DNA of 62,425 nt, filler included, from Rhabdomonas costata (GCA_019059605.1; 38 parts of 38 records of this genome joined end to end with filler, not necessarily neighbours in it); one strand, 5' to 3'. Shown: positions 1-13,073, counted from the first letter of the whole stretch. Translations and numbers: made by a program. The notes: generated from the sequence alone by a model not told the origin.

Positions 1-227
1 GGGGGTTGGTTTGCTAGATAGCTGGTCTAACTTTTGACAAAGTCCTATGGGCCGTTTTCACTGTGATGAGGACTTTCGCCAGTGTTGCCAATTCTTTGTG
101 ATGACGCAAGGTGGCTCTTTTGCTTGGTTGTTTCGTGCTTCTGGAAAGGCGGTGGGGAGTTTATGGTCAGCTTTAATGAAGACAATGCCTGCTGGTCACA
201 CGAACTGCCGGTCACTCATTTGTGCAG

Positions 228-1510
228 ATCCTTTTGGAGACCACGACCCTGGACCCTAAGCAGCGCGAGTGCACTCACTGTATCAGCTGCAGTGGGAGCG
301 CGCTGCTGTACCTGATCAACGACCTGCTGGATGTATGCCTGCCCATCCAAGTTTTCGTCCTCTCTTCCGAAGCGCCTGGCTAAGACCCTTCAAAAGCATC
401 TAAACTCGAGTACTTTTCCTTTGCAGTTTTATTTCTCGCACCCACAGATGCAGTTTTGGACGCTGATGACTTTCTATGCTAAATGACGCGGCACTCTTAG
501 GAATTGGTTTGGCCCGGCTTGTTCCTATGCCAATATAACCCAGTTCTCGAAGATTCAGAGCGGGATGCTCGAGCTGGACTTCCGGCCGTTTGTCTTGCAC
601 GAGTGCATCGACCGCACGCTGGAGATTGTGCAGATGAAGGCGGAGGCAAAGGATCTGGAGCTCGTGTCATGGGTCAGCTCAGCAGTGCCGCGGGTGATGG
701 TTGGGGATGCGGAGCGTTTGCGGCAGATCCTTTTGAACCTGCTGAGCAACGCCATCAAGGTTCCTCTTGGTGCACACATGATGAGCAAATGTGGGAAGCC
801 TGTGTTTCAAAGAAACTGGCCCACCACCCTCCTCGTCAGCCGCACATTTGTGCTGAACGTTACTGCTCTGTGCGTGTCCATTTCTCGCTCTCTTTTGGCG
901 TGGCTGAGCTCCGAAGACAAGATGGGGCCTTTCGGGAGGGTCCAGTTGTCCCGGAATTTATTTTTAGTCTTTTATTTGTTGTTTTGTTAGTTTACGACCC
1001 GCGGGAGAGTCACCTTGCGATGTGGACTCTGCCTCAACGGCAGCGGGCTACTGTTTGAGGTGCAGGACACGGGCATTGGGCTATCCCCGGAAGCGATGAC
1101 GAGGCTGTTCCAACCCTTTGTACAAGCAGGTGGGTTTCTCTGTGTTTCCAGCTGGCAGCTGGGATGCGTATGCACACACACGCACAGCATTGCGGAGGCA
1201 CCGACACAAAGTGTGTCGTCTTGTGGTAACCAATATGATTGGCAACTGTGTCTGTGGTTAGGTCAGGACACTTTCCTTTCACCCACCAATTTGGTTTCAA
1301 GCTCAATGCAGATTCCACCATCGCCCGCCGGTTTGGAGGCACAGGCTTGGGCCTAGTCATCTCGAGGAAGCTGGCGTTGCTGATGGGCGGGGAGCTCAAC
1401 GTCAGCAGCGAAGGGGAGGGCCGGGGCTGTCTCTTTGCGCTCACCCTGCCACGCTGCGAGGCCTCCGCGGCACACCTCGCGGAGCTCCGCGCCATGGCCG
1501 CCACGCCGCG
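228..1510 (+). CDS. Sensor histidine kinase (HisKA + HATPase_c), partial, 4 exons
   Basis: Exons 228-332, 544-759, 991-1129 and 1312-~1510 join in frame over GT-AG introns. Product: LLYLINDLLD|FSKIQSG, GDAERLRQILLNLLSNAIK|FT (N box), VQDTGIG (G1), LFQPFVQAD (F box), RRFGGTGLGLVIS (G2). Wording matches hybrid-type kinases. Confidence 0.95.
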
Positions 1511-1552
1511 GTTGGTGACGGCTCATTTCACCCCCCACGGCCCCACCAAAAA

Positions 1553-1652
1553 NNNNNNNNNNNNNNNNNNNNNNNNNNNNNNNNNNNNNNNNNNNNTTAA
1601 TTAATTAANNNNNNNNNNNNNNNNNNNNNNNNNNNNNNNNNNNNNNNNNNNN
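1553..1652. other. Artificial contig linker N44-TTAATTAATTAA-N44 (first of 37)
   Basis: Identical 100-bp spacer with stops in all six frames recurs at 3206, 4858, 6511, 8163, 9816, 11468, 13119, 14771 and so on to 60775, splitting the window into 38 contigs of about 1.55 kb. Confidence 0.99.
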
Positions 1653-3305
1653 GGGGTGGTGTCCCGCAAATGCTCGTTGATTGCAATAAAATGCTATCTC
1701 CAGAGCCCTTCTGCCACAGTGGTGCCACGGGTGGTCACCGGCTCTCCGGTTTCTGGAGCCTGTCCCGTGGGTTCCCTCTTCGCTCGGGTGTGGCCGGTTG
1801 TATTGGTTGGGACAGGTCTGCTACTGATCATGCTGTCCGCTGTGCTGTCACTGCCCCCTGGATGTACACGCTGCCTGCTTGTTCCCTTTCTTGAGGTCGA
1901 TGAGTGCTGCTCTGTCTGACGCCATCCGGTAACTTTCTCCTTGGGCGCGGCGACGTGCATGAACCGGTGTGTGCGTGTGTGCGCGCACACACACACGTGC
2001 ACTCACTAAAGATGAACCATTCCTCAAAGACACACTGAACTCTTTCCCTGTCTCTGTGGGATGCCCTAATCCCTCCTTGATTCTCCTTCTTGGGTTCTCC
2101 TATCCCAACTATCCCAGCTTTGAAAGTTGGCATTCTCGTGGGACGGAATGACCCGCCCATGGTGGGCTTCTGAAGGGTGAACTTCGGCTGGAAGGCTCAG
2201 TCAAAAGAACAAAATCCTCGCCTAAAGGCTGAATGTTACAGAGGTTGTTTTGTGTCATTGGTTGGTGGTGAGAGATAGAGACTCAGCACCGCAGCGACCA
2301 GGCGCAGGCACACCTTTAAAGCCGTAGCTCACGCTCAAGTGCAGCTCCGGGGCCCGGTACCACCTGTGTTTTTGAACCCCACGAGGACTGCGGTGTGGCT
2401 CTCGTTCCGGACCGCCCCCCTCCCCCCAAACAACTCCTACAATGAAGGGAACATGACAGAAATTGAGCAGACACTCTCAGGAGTCGTAGCCGACATCCCA
2501 CCCCGCAATTAGCAAACGACCACTGGAGAAAACATGAACCGTAACAATCGGGTTGATATAAAGCTCTCAAAACCCACTCCACAAACTTGATGATGGCGCA
2601 CTCCATCATTGCCTCATCGTGCTCTTCAATGCCTCGAGACATCCCAAAGTCACTGATCTATATGAAAAGGGGGTGGGTTAGAAGCAGACAGCAGAGGGAA
2701 AGCATTCTATTCCCCAAGAGCTCATCAAATCGTTGGGGTATGCCAGAGCCCTCTCCGGACATCCACACAGATGCACACAAATCGGCCCAGCTCTTGTTGG
2801 CAGGGAGGGGAAGGATAACATTTACCGCCGGTAACGGTTACCAAAGCAAACACATAACTGAAAAAAGGTGTATTTATGCTTGAAAACGGTTACGGTAAAT
2901 GTACCAGCACCCTCGAAATGACAAAATTAATTTTTATTGGTGAAGGAACTTCTGCATAATGAAGTTGAGTATTTTTGGGGAACACTTCAAACTTGATGCT
3001 GGTGAGCAGATTCGGGCGGAAAACATTGGTTCAGGGAGGCCAGTCCGCAGGTCGGCCGGAGTCTGGAGACCTTGGACGACTTTTCTATTCTAAAGTTCAA
3101 ACTTGTTACCACTGCTACCCTGGAAACCATTTTCCACCCCTCGCACCGTCAATTAGCACTCACGAATCACGTTTGAGGTGGGCTTTCAAGACTTACCACC
3201 CACCCNNNNNNNNNNNNNNNNNNNNNNNNNNNNNNNNNNNNNNNNNNNNTTAATTAATTAANNNNNNNNNNNNNNNNNNNNNNNNNNNNNNNNNNNNNNN
3301 NNNNN

Positions 3306-4857
3306 TTTGTTTTATCTGAACTTCCGCTGATTACTCGGGTGCCATCGGCAGCCACCGTGACGGAGTACACACCGCCAGTGTGTCCAGAAAAAGTTCTTTC
3401 CTCCTGGCCCGTCTCCATACTCCAGACCTTAATCGTGTGATCATCACTTCCGCTGATGACGTGCAGGCCATTTGGAGAAATGACCACTGACTGGACACCA
3501 CCAGTGTGTCCAGAAAAGGCCCTCTCCTCCACCCCCGTGCCCAAATTCCAGACCTTAATTGTCTTGTCCCAACTTCCGCTGATGACTCGGGTGCCATCTG
3601 GAGTAACGGTTAAGGCCCTAATGTAGTCAGCATGCGCAGCGAAAGATCTTTCTTCATTGCCTGTCTCCAGATTCCACACAATGATCCTCCTGTCCTCACC
3701 TCCGCTGACGATGCGGAGGCCATCGAGAGTCACTGCGACCGAGCGCACGGCGTCAGTGTGCCCATAAAGAGTTCTCTCCTCCTTTCCATTCATCAGATTC
3801 CATATCTTGATCGTAGCATCCCCACTACCACTGACAATGTGAGCGTCATCTGGAGTAACAGCAACGGAATGCGCACCACCACTGTGCCCTGCGAGGGTTC
3901 TTTCCTCCCTTCCAGTCCGCAAATTCCAAACCTTAACACTAGTGTCATCACTTCCGCTGACTACCCAAATGCCATTTGTAGCCACTTTCACCGTGCTCAC
4001 CGCTCCAGTGTGCCCTGAAAAAGCTCTTTCCTCCTTTCCCGTCTTCATGTTCCAAATCTTAATTGTGGTGTCCCAACTTCCGGTGACGATCCGAGTGCAA
4101 TCAGGAGTCATACACACAGAACTTACACCTCGACTGTGTCCAGCAAGAGCCCTCTCCTCCCTACCTGCCTCCAAGTTCCACAACTTAATTGTCATGTCCC
4201 AACTCCCACTGATGACGCGGGCGCCATCTGGAGTCAGGGACACTGTGTTCGCACCACCAGTGTGTCCCGCAAACGTTCTTTCCTCTCTTCCATTCCCCAA
4301 ATTCCAAACCTTGTTTGTTTTGTCCCAACTTGCACTGATGGCACGGGTGCCGCCTCGAGTCACCACCACAGAGCTCACCGCGCCAAGGTGTCCCTGAAGA
4401 GTTCTCTCCTCCGTGCCAGTCTCAAGACTCCACACCTTGATCGTATTATCCTCACTTCCACTGACAATACGGAGGTCATCTGGAGTCAAAGCGACCGATC
4501 TTACGGGGTTTGTGTGCCCAGAAAGTGCTCTTTCCTCCTTTCCAGTCTCCAGATTCCATACCTTAAGTGTTTTGTCCTCACTTCCGCTAACTACAAGGGT
4601 GCTATCAGAAGTTACAGTCACGCACAAAGCAGCACCAGTGTGCCCTGCAAGTTCTCGTTCCTCTTCACCTCGCACCAGATTCCAGACTTTAACCGTGCAG
4701 TCTTCGCTTCCACTCAGGATGCGGGTGCCATCGGCAGTCACGGCCAAACAATTCACAACACGTGAGTGCCCAGCAAGTGCTTTTTCCTCTTCCCCTGTGT
4801 CCAAATTCCACACCTTAATCGTGCAGTCAGAACTTCCGCTGACGATGCGGGTGCCAT
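3306..4857 (-). CDS. WD40-repeat protein fragment with highly uniform repeats, open at both contig ends
   Basis: 11 complete plus 2 partial 42-aa repeats, consensus GHxxxVxxVxxTPDGxRxxSGSxDxTIKVWNLxxGxEER. No introns or indels across 1552 bp. Confidence 0.95.
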
Positions 4858-5172
4858 NNNNNNNNNNNNNNNNNNNNNNNNNNNNNNNNNNNNNNNNNNN
4901 NTTAATTAATTAANNNNNNNNNNNNNNNNNNNNNNNNNNNNNNNNNNNNNNNNNNNNGTTGGTGGGGGACATTACGCGCCAAAGGAGAGCCAAAGCAGAG
5001 AGGGTGAAGGGTTGCAATTTGTCAGGAACGGGGTCGGTGGAAAATTGCACACTCCGGCAAATCTGGCTATCGGGCGCAGCAGGTGGTAGTTAAGAAGTAA
5101 AGGACGACAGGATACTGTACTTCAATCTCTAATGAGGCCCGTTACTTGTAGTTGTTTTGCGTGGGAACTCAG

Positions 5173-5888
5173 CCTTTGAGTTGGAGGAGGAGCCCAGCAA
5201 CAAGACCTTCTTCAGCGAGATTATCAGCAGCATCAGCGACTGCCGGTTCTGCGCCGACAGCCGCTACATCCTCTCCCGGGACTACCTTACCCTGAAGATT
5301 TGGGACCTCAACATGGAGCGGCGTCCTCTGAAGGCTCGCGGACCCTCTTCTTTCTTTTCAGAATGTGACTTCCTCTCTCGATGGAAACGGAAACGGAACT
5401 GCACACGGAAACGAAAACCACTCTAGCTGCACGAATTATGGACTTTTTATGAGGCAAACTACAACCATCTGCTCTTATGTCTTTCTATTGCTTTTGTTGA
5501 CGAGTTTGGTGGTATCTACAGCCATCGTTACCCCCCTCTCGAAGTGCTCCCCTTCCCTTCCCCGAATCTCTGTCCTGCGTGGGAAACAGCGTCGACAGCG
5601 GCCCGACCACGCTGCATGTCCGAATTTGCGCAGAAAACAGCAAATGCCTGTAAACGCTTGTGCCCAGTGCGTTGTTATCGGTTCATCGCCCCCCTATCGT
5701 TTGGATATTTTCATATCTTTCTGTTCCAGACGATCTTCCCGAACGGGAGGCTGGTTTGTCGCATCTCTTCATCTTTTTCGCTCCCAGGTGCTAAACATGC
5801 ACGAGGCACTGCGTGCTCGGCTATGCGACGTGTACGAGAACGACTGCATCTTTGACAAATTTGAGTGCCGGTGGTCCGGTGACAGCCG
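5173..5888 (+). CDS. PPP2R2: PP2A regulatory subunit B55 (PR55/CDC55 family), partial, 2 exons
   Basis: Exons 5173-5333 and 5788-5888 give [57 protein letters not shown], which are B55 signature motifs. The intron is GC-AG. Confidence 0.95.
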
Positions 5889-7995
5889 GTAGGCCTTGCG
5901 ATCCGCTCCCCCCCCCCCTTGAACAATGTTCAGGAAAAGGAGAGATTTGTGCACTTGTTAATTATCTGTCCTAAATCGTTTAATTTGAATTCGTTTGCCT
6001 TGTTGGCAAAATATGCTTCCTCGTATGGGGGGGGGCACTTAAGATTCATGGATTGAATGCAACACCACCCCAGCTTCTTCTGCACAAGGTCCCTTTCGGT
6101 CCTTGCTGTCGCTGTTTTTGTTTGCACACCTTTTTCAGTTGCCTTTTCCTCGTCCAAACTGTGAACATTGCTGTTGTTGTTGTTGTCTGACACGTGTAGT
6201 TCTGCCCTCTTCTTTCATCTTCCCTCTTTTTCGTATTCGTCCTCCCTCTCTCTTTGAAGTAATTTCCTTCCGTCAAGTCTCTCTGGCTCCTTTCCCCTCT
6301 TTGTCACCACGTCTCTCTCCGTCCTCTTCTTCTCTTCATCCCCTTGTTGAACCCTTTTCTTTTCCCAATCTTCGATCATTTTCCATCCTTCTTCCGTGTG
6401 AATATGCTTCTTGTGCCTCCACTTTCTTCCTCTTTGTGTGTCTTTGCATCCCTCCGCCGTCGCGTTGTTCGTTTTCCTCCTCTCTTTTTCTTCCCTTTCT
6501 TCTGCATTCTNNNNNNNNNNNNNNNNNNNNNNNNNNNNNNNNNNNNNNNNNNNNTTAATTAATTAANNNNNNNNNNNNNNNNNNNNNNNNNNNNNNNNNN
6601 NNNNNNNNNNTTCGTTTTGTTTTCAGTGACTGTGGCAACGCACAAAGCAGCGTGAGGGAGGGGCAAAGCAATAAGGCAAAGTGGAGGAGCAGACATGTGG
6701 AGGGGGGGGGAGGCGGCAAAAGCAGGTGGTGCTGAGGTGAGGTTGCTCGAAAGTGGCCACTGAAAACAAAACGAACCACGAAACTAGAAACTAGGAAGGA
6801 GGGCTGAGGCTTCCTTTACTCTCCAGAAAAGCAGATCGCTGGGCACCGAAGACAATCAAAGTCGAAGTGAATCGGGGTTTAGGAATGCGCAAAAGCTTGG
6901 GTTGCGGAGAGGCGACCCCACGACGCCCTACTCCTCTGGGAGAAGATTAACTCGCGGTCCCTCCCTTTTTCCCCCCGCACCTAAGCGTTTAGCGAGTTTA
7001 GGCATTGCCAACGATTCCGCCAATTCCCCTTTCATGTCGACTTCAGCAGCATCCAACACTCACAGGCTAATTTCCGTTTACAATCATCGTCTCAGATAAA
7101 AGGGAATGGGTCAGACTTGCGTGTTGCTGCCGGCAGTTGTGAACAGCCAACAATCCGATTAAAAGCATAAAGATCGTCCGGCCTGGCATACCATTCAGCG
7201 GCCTCTGCGCGGTGAGCCCCAGGCCAAACCCCTGCCGAGTCAGCGCCGCCACCGCACTGCCCGTGGTCCGCGAAGAGGGGGCCGGGCCCTCCTCCGTTGG
7301 TGGGGGCACGAGAGGCTCGGCGGACTTCAAAGAGAAGCACAGTCTAGGGCTCCCCAGGCTGTACTTCAGCTTCACCGAGAGCCTCGCCATGGCCCTGGCA
7401 GGGGCACAATCCCATCAATGAAGGCAGGCAGGCAGGCAGGCAGTCACACAGGCAGTCACACAGGCAGTGCGTTTTTGCAAGTGCTCCGAACTCCCCTCCA
7501 ACCCACACAACCCGGCAGGCATCAAAATGCGTGTATGATGGAGGGGGGGGGTAATTTGGCGCTTTTTAATTCTTTATATGACACTGTGATACTTTGCTTA
7601 ACTATGCTTGTGGTCGGACGATATCTCTCCCTGAATTGCGACACCATTCAAAAGGTCCCAAACAAAAATGCACTCTGAATCCGACAAATAGGGGTGGAGG
7701 CGGGTTTGCTTCTTCTCAGCCTGTTCTCTGTGCCATACTTTTGAGGTGACCTGGGCACATTACCCTTCAGGAAGAAATTATCCTCCTTATTATTTTCCTC
7801 CGTCTGTCAGAAACAACCGCTGCGCTAAGTTTACCACTGTCCGACATCTCACTCCTAAATGGCATGCAATGACCACATACTGGCAGATCCCCAGGCCCCG
7901 CTTTCCTACACAAGTGGGGTTAAAGTCACCAAACGGTTTTTTGTACTAATAAAGACTCAAAAGAGAGCGAAAACGGCCTTAATCTCCATTGCATT

Positions 7996-8160
7996 CTCTT
8001 TCCTTGACGTTAACATCTGAGTGTACACCTGTGTCTACTCCACTCCGAAACATTCCTTTCAACCGCGTCACACCAACCTCCGCAGCTCCCCCTCTTTCCT
8101 TGACGTTAACATCTGAGTGTACACCTGTGTCTACTCCACTCCGAAACATTCCTTTCAACC
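7996..8160 (+). repeat. Exact 69-bp direct duplication, period 96 bp
   Basis: CTCTTTCCTTGACGTTAACATCTGAG...CCTTTCAACC at 7996-8064 and 8092-8160, at the contig end. Confidence 0.9.
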
Positions 8161-8479
8161 ACNNNNNNNNNNNNNNNNNNNNNNNNNNNNNNNNNNNNNN
8201 NNNNNNTTAATTAATTAANNNNNNNNNNNNNNNNNNNNNNNNNNNNNNNNNNNNNNNNNNNNGGGTTTGGTGGATGCTGTCCCCATTTTCGGCTTTTGGC
8301 CTGTCCTTCTTCACCCGCGGATGACCTAGGGTTGGAATTGGTTGCCTCTTCTTTCTGGTCATCGCTGACCTTTGAGGAGAGCTGCTGGGGTAAATACCTC
8401 TCCCACCTTCCTTGCCGCTGCCACATCCCTCAGCCCCGAGTGTGTGTGTATGGGGAGGGGGGGGGTGGTTGCCACGCAC

Positions 8480-9552
8480 GATGAGCGCAAAACTGAGCAG
8501 CAGGAAAAGCGAGAGCGGTCTCTTGAACAACAGCCGGTCCCCCACGGCGACAAACAGCAAAGAGGCGTTCTTGATCACCCCCACCGAGGCTACCGAGGTG
8601 CTCTCCAGACTGCGACAAGGGGCAGGCATCACAACCCTCCGAGCAGGAAAGAGAGAGAGGAGGCCCTGCACAAGCGTGTACAGAGTGACAATGTTCTTCT
8701 GCTTGGCCGCGGACACAGGTGGGGCGACTTCTTTGCGAAGGGTGCCCCCCAGAACAAAATCGGGGTCGACGCACACATTGGCGTAGTTTTTTGGGGAGGA
8801 GGGCGGTGCACGTTCATAAATTTTCTGATATCTAAACCCATTTTGCAAAATGCATTTAGAGGTAATTGACACAGTTACGTAACTCCGTGCCCAAACAATA
8901 ACATCCCCAAACCCCCCGTAAAAGTGTCACATTCGGTCGTTTCGGACTGCAATGGAGCATTGCCCACACCATGGAACATCCCAACCCATCCGCCTGCTTG
9001 GGCCACAGCAAGGGCTGGCCTATCACCTAAAATCATGTGATAGTTGCCCCCCCCGTCAAAGCCCAGAAGCCCAGCAAAGACAATTCCAAACTTCCAAAAA
9101 TCTGCAAAATCTGAAAACTTTTAGCAGTGCTAAACGTTTAACGACCCCCCCCCCCAATACAATTGTTCCATCAGCACTTTGGTTTGACAAGCATCTTGAC
9201 AAGTGCTGTGCTCCTCTTTTGTTTTTCACTAGATGGGCGGAAAGCTGCTAAATGTTAAACGCAGTGCAAGAACAATTTGAAATATCGCAGTGCATGTGTG
9301 AGTGTGAGGGAGAGCAAACATCAATGCGCAACTGTTCGTGGCAAAGAAGTTAGGCGGAAAAAGAGGGGCCGACCCCTCCTTCCGGATGCATCCCGATCGG
9401 AAACAAAAAGACCTTGCCAGGGAAGTCACCCCCATCGCTGCAAAGAGGATGGCGACAGGAGACCACTTCACTGCGATTCTACGGCTGAATGCAGGGTAAT
9501 ACACCCACTTCTGGGACTTCGCCACCGCCAGGGCCAGGGCCACACTGACACT
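8480..9552 (-). CDS. Nucleotide-sugar transporter (GONST/Vrg4/SLC35D-like), partial, 2 exons
   Basis: Exons ~9552-9413 and 8609-8480 (GT-AG) give KWSPVAILFAAMGVTSLAS-LESTSVASVGVIKNASLLFVAVGDRLLF. This parallels the WxPVxxxF...SL...V...KN...AxGE pattern of GDP-mannose transporters. Confidence 0.75.
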
Positions 9553-10892
9553 CTGAGTTAATTAAAGAGAATGAGAGAGAGAGGGTGCAGGTCGGCTCGC
9601 TGTTCCTTCCCAGAACATGAGGTGAAGAAACAATGGTGCAAGGAGGACGATGTGCCAGCCCACTGTTCTTTCTGAGTGGCGTGCTGGATTGCTGGGCAAA
9701 GGGACCGATCTCTGCTGGTCAGCAGCCCCGGGCAAAAGTTTAGGCTACAGAATGCCAAAAAGGAAGTCCAAAAAGTGCGTCTGGGGCTCTAAAAACTATT
9801 GAAGTGCAAAATCGCNNNNNNNNNNNNNNNNNNNNNNNNNNNNNNNNNNNNNNNNNNNNTTAATTAATTAANNNNNNNNNNNNNNNNNNNNNNNNNNNNN
9901 NNNNNNNNNNNNNNNGAAGTTACCCACGTCCCCGCTCTCCAAACACAGCGAGTACCCTGAGTCGAGTCACAACGATGGGTGTTGCAGGGGGACTGCAGCG
10001 TGGTTCCATTGGCAAAGTGGCACGCGTATGCCGTGGTTGGGTCGGTGACAACAAATGTAGCAATGTAGAAGCCTGTGCCGCAGCTCGCAGAGCACGTCCC
10101 ATTGTAGAAAGACCCTCCACAAGCGGCTGTGTCCCACCCCCGACGATGAGAGGTGAGATGCTAAACGAGTACACTCCCAGTGCGCAAAGTGGCAAAACGC
10201 AAAACGTAAAACGCACAGCTAAATCAGCAGGGTCACCCATGCGCCAGTTTCTGGCTGACCACCGCCGCCCCGAAGTGTTTTGTAGTGTGCTGCCCTCAGT
10301 GCTGTCCACGCGTATGAGGCGCCGAAGCAGCCTAAATGCCCGGGGTTTCAGACGTGCAGAGCATCGAAGTCGTCCCCTTCAGTGTTATCAACGCTACAGT
10401 CTCGCAATCGCAACTGTTGACTGCGGAGGTGTTCAGTCCCCGTGGTGCCCGTGGGGAGCGAGCTCAATGGGATTTACCCAACCTGTGACCACAGCTGCCA
10501 CTGCGAGCCCGTTGCCGCAGAGTGCACAGCCATCGAAAGCGTGTGAGGTTGCTTGCTTGACGGCTCTCCGCAAGCAACCTCACACGCTCAAGCAAGGACT
10601 CTCCCCAACACACAGATAGCAGACGACAAAACTCTGGCCTCCACACCACCGGGCGTTTGGTGAGACATTGATACCCTAACAGGGACAAAAAGCAGCCTAG
10701 TCCTAGCCTAGTCCTCGCTCTGCCCACCTCTCCGTCCTTACGGTGCGACTCGATACTTGAATCAGCGCTACAGTCCTATTGCTTTGTTTCATCGTTTGCA
10801 CTGGCTTGCAGCCTTGCCGTCCTCCTTGCTGCAACCTCGAACGCTGGCACCCCGCGTGAACGGATATGCCCTCGTTACCGACAAAAACATAC

Positions 10893-11253
10893 CGGTGCAG
10901 GGCGTCTTCACCCATGCAGGAAGGGTCAGCCGGCACGCCCACGGGTTGTCACCCAGCTCCAGGCTGAGGTTGTTCCTAGCGAACACCCCAGACGTGTCAT
11001 TCCACACCACAAGCCCACTCAGCTGGTTCCGTAATAGGCTCAGCTTCTTCAGGTTCGGTGGAAGCCCAGACAGCACCACAGTGCCGATGAAGTGGTTCCC
11101 GCTGAGGTTCACCGCCACCGCCGCGAGGGGCAGTGCGGTGAGGTTGGGGGTGCCCGTGAAGGCGTTGTCCGTCAGCGAGAGCGTGTGCAGGCCCGCAGGG
11201 GCCTGGCTGAGGTCCACGGTGCCCGTGAAGCGGCAGCCCTGTAGCGTCAACTC
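10893..11253 (-). CDS. Extracellular-type LRR protein exon with LRRCT (NPWxC)
   Basis: Repeats GCRFTGTVDLSQAP, DNAFTGTPNLTALP and GNHFIGTVVLSGLPPNL end in GDNPWAC. Flanked by an AG acceptor and a GTATGT donor. Confidence 0.85.
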
Positions 11254-11899
11254 CTGTCCCGGGACGAAAAAACGTACCCACGACGTGCTTACATTGCTAT
11301 TCGAGAATTGCCGGAAAAAATGCACGCGCAGGCAACAGGTTCCCGCAAACAAAAACAAATTGCTTACTAATCCCATACAATATACCTTTTTGGGCAAGCA
11401 GTTACTTCCCCATGTATGGTGTACTTGTGGGTGCGTGTGGCCGGTGTCTTGGTGCTAAAAAACCACCNNNNNNNNNNNNNNNNNNNNNNNNNNNNNNNNN
11501 NNNNNNNNNNNTTAATTAATTAANNNNNNNNNNNNNNNNNNNNNNNNNNNNNNNNNNNNNNNNNNNNTGTGTTGGGCTTTTGCAGTGCTCCCCGATCTAT
11601 GCCCATGGGTGGAAGAGGCGCTGCCGTTCCATGTTTTCTTCATTTTTTTTCCCGACTTTTTCGCCCTATGGCATTTGTTGTTGTGGGAATGCGCGCTTTT
11701 TGAGAGAGCGTTGCTACCCCCAAGGGGTGAGCCCTTCTTACAGTTTTCGATCGCTTCCGCCCTTCAAGAATCATAACTTTGGGCAAAATTTTGGCTTGCG
11801 ATGACCTTTTTTACACTGCCTTTTTTTTTTGGAACCTAGATTCGCTTGCCCTGCCGCTGCTTGGTGCTGGCTTGGTGCTCTGGTGCTTTGGGTGCACAG

Positions 11900-13073
11900 G
11901 TGGTGCTGGTGATGGTGGCCGCGATGGTGCGGGGGCAGGCGGTGGCCGTGCTGGTGGTGTTCGGGGTGCTGTGTGCGGCCCGAGTTGTGCTGGCGTGGGT
12001 CCTAGTGGCCGACCCGAAGGCCATTCACGTCCACCGAGGCCCGTGCTACTTCTCCCCGCTTAACCGCTGGCTGCTGTTCTCCTATGTCGCCGTGTTCTAT
12101 GCCGTGCTGATATCCGCCCTGACCTATGGCTTGGAATGGTTATCATTTCTCCCACAACACCCCCCTGTGTCGCTCTGTTTTAGTTTGATGATGACAGCGG
12201 AGATGACCCTTCCAGGCTGTCGGTGGTGGACGATCTGCCCCCCCTCCCATCCCTCCTTCCCCACGGTGGTGAGTGCACAAGCAAAGGTAAAGACAACACA
12301 GGGCACACACGCACTTGGCTTAGCAGTTGCTCGTGCACTTGGCCCAGATCCCTCCCCTCAGAAAAACTCCGGGCCCCAGATGCGCGGTGCACGAAAGTCA
12401 AAAGCCTATATGTTTGGTGAGAAATCAAACGTCCTTTCTTCTGTTAATCTGTGGTTGTGTGTGTGTGTGTGTTTGTCGCGCCAAGGCGCAATGTATTTTT
12501 GACACCCCACTTCTGCTGTCTCCACCTTTGTGTGCTGCTTCCCTCCTGCTTAGGGACGTGTTGTGGCAGACCCTGGTGCTGGTGCTGGTGGGGTGGGCCG
12601 TCCTGGGCGCGGTGCTGTGGTACTCCGCCTACAACTACTTCCGTGGGGCCCAGGACGAGTTCACGAAGACCGCCACCACTCAGGCCTCGGTTCCTTTCCT
12701 TTTCTTGCAAGCGCACTACGAGACTGGAAAGGAGGAGACGAAAATTTTTTGTGAGTGCCGCTGTTCACAGAAGCTGTGTGCTGCTTTGTTGAAGAGAATA
12801 GGTAGTATGGCGGCTTAAAATCAAGGCATGCCCTTCCACCGCGAAGACGCTGAAGCTTTCTGCTCTGCTATCTTTATTTCCCCGGTTTTCTCTCTGCCTT
12901 TCCTTCTGTCTGTCGTTCTGTGGCTTTTGCTTTTCGCTTTTGGGTTGCAGGGCCACGACATGGAGCGGCCTGCCAGTACGGCGCTGGTTGCCGAAGGCAG
13001 CCTCGCCGGGGCTTGCGCGGAGATCTCTGCCACCTCCGCAGGACGGATGCCCACCGTGTCTCTTTTCGACCAG
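11900..13073 (+). CDS. Multi-pass membrane protein of unknown family, partial, about 3 exons
   Basis: GC-rich hydrophobic exons 11900-12138, 12554-~12683 and 12951-~13073, in frame at AG acceptors. Confidence 0.55.

Noticed and set aside
2818-2902. 10-bp inverted repeat ACATTTACCG/CGGTAAATGT
   Set aside because: Too short, with no TSD or second copy to call an element.
3331-4913. Plus-strand ORFs overlapping the WD40 gene
   Set aside because: Antisense shadows of the repetitive coding strand.
8010-8048. TCTGAGTGT...GTGTCTA resembling the Euglena spliced leader, in a tandem duplicate
   Set aside because: Only a 9-nt match, with no T-tract, GT donor or Sm site following it.
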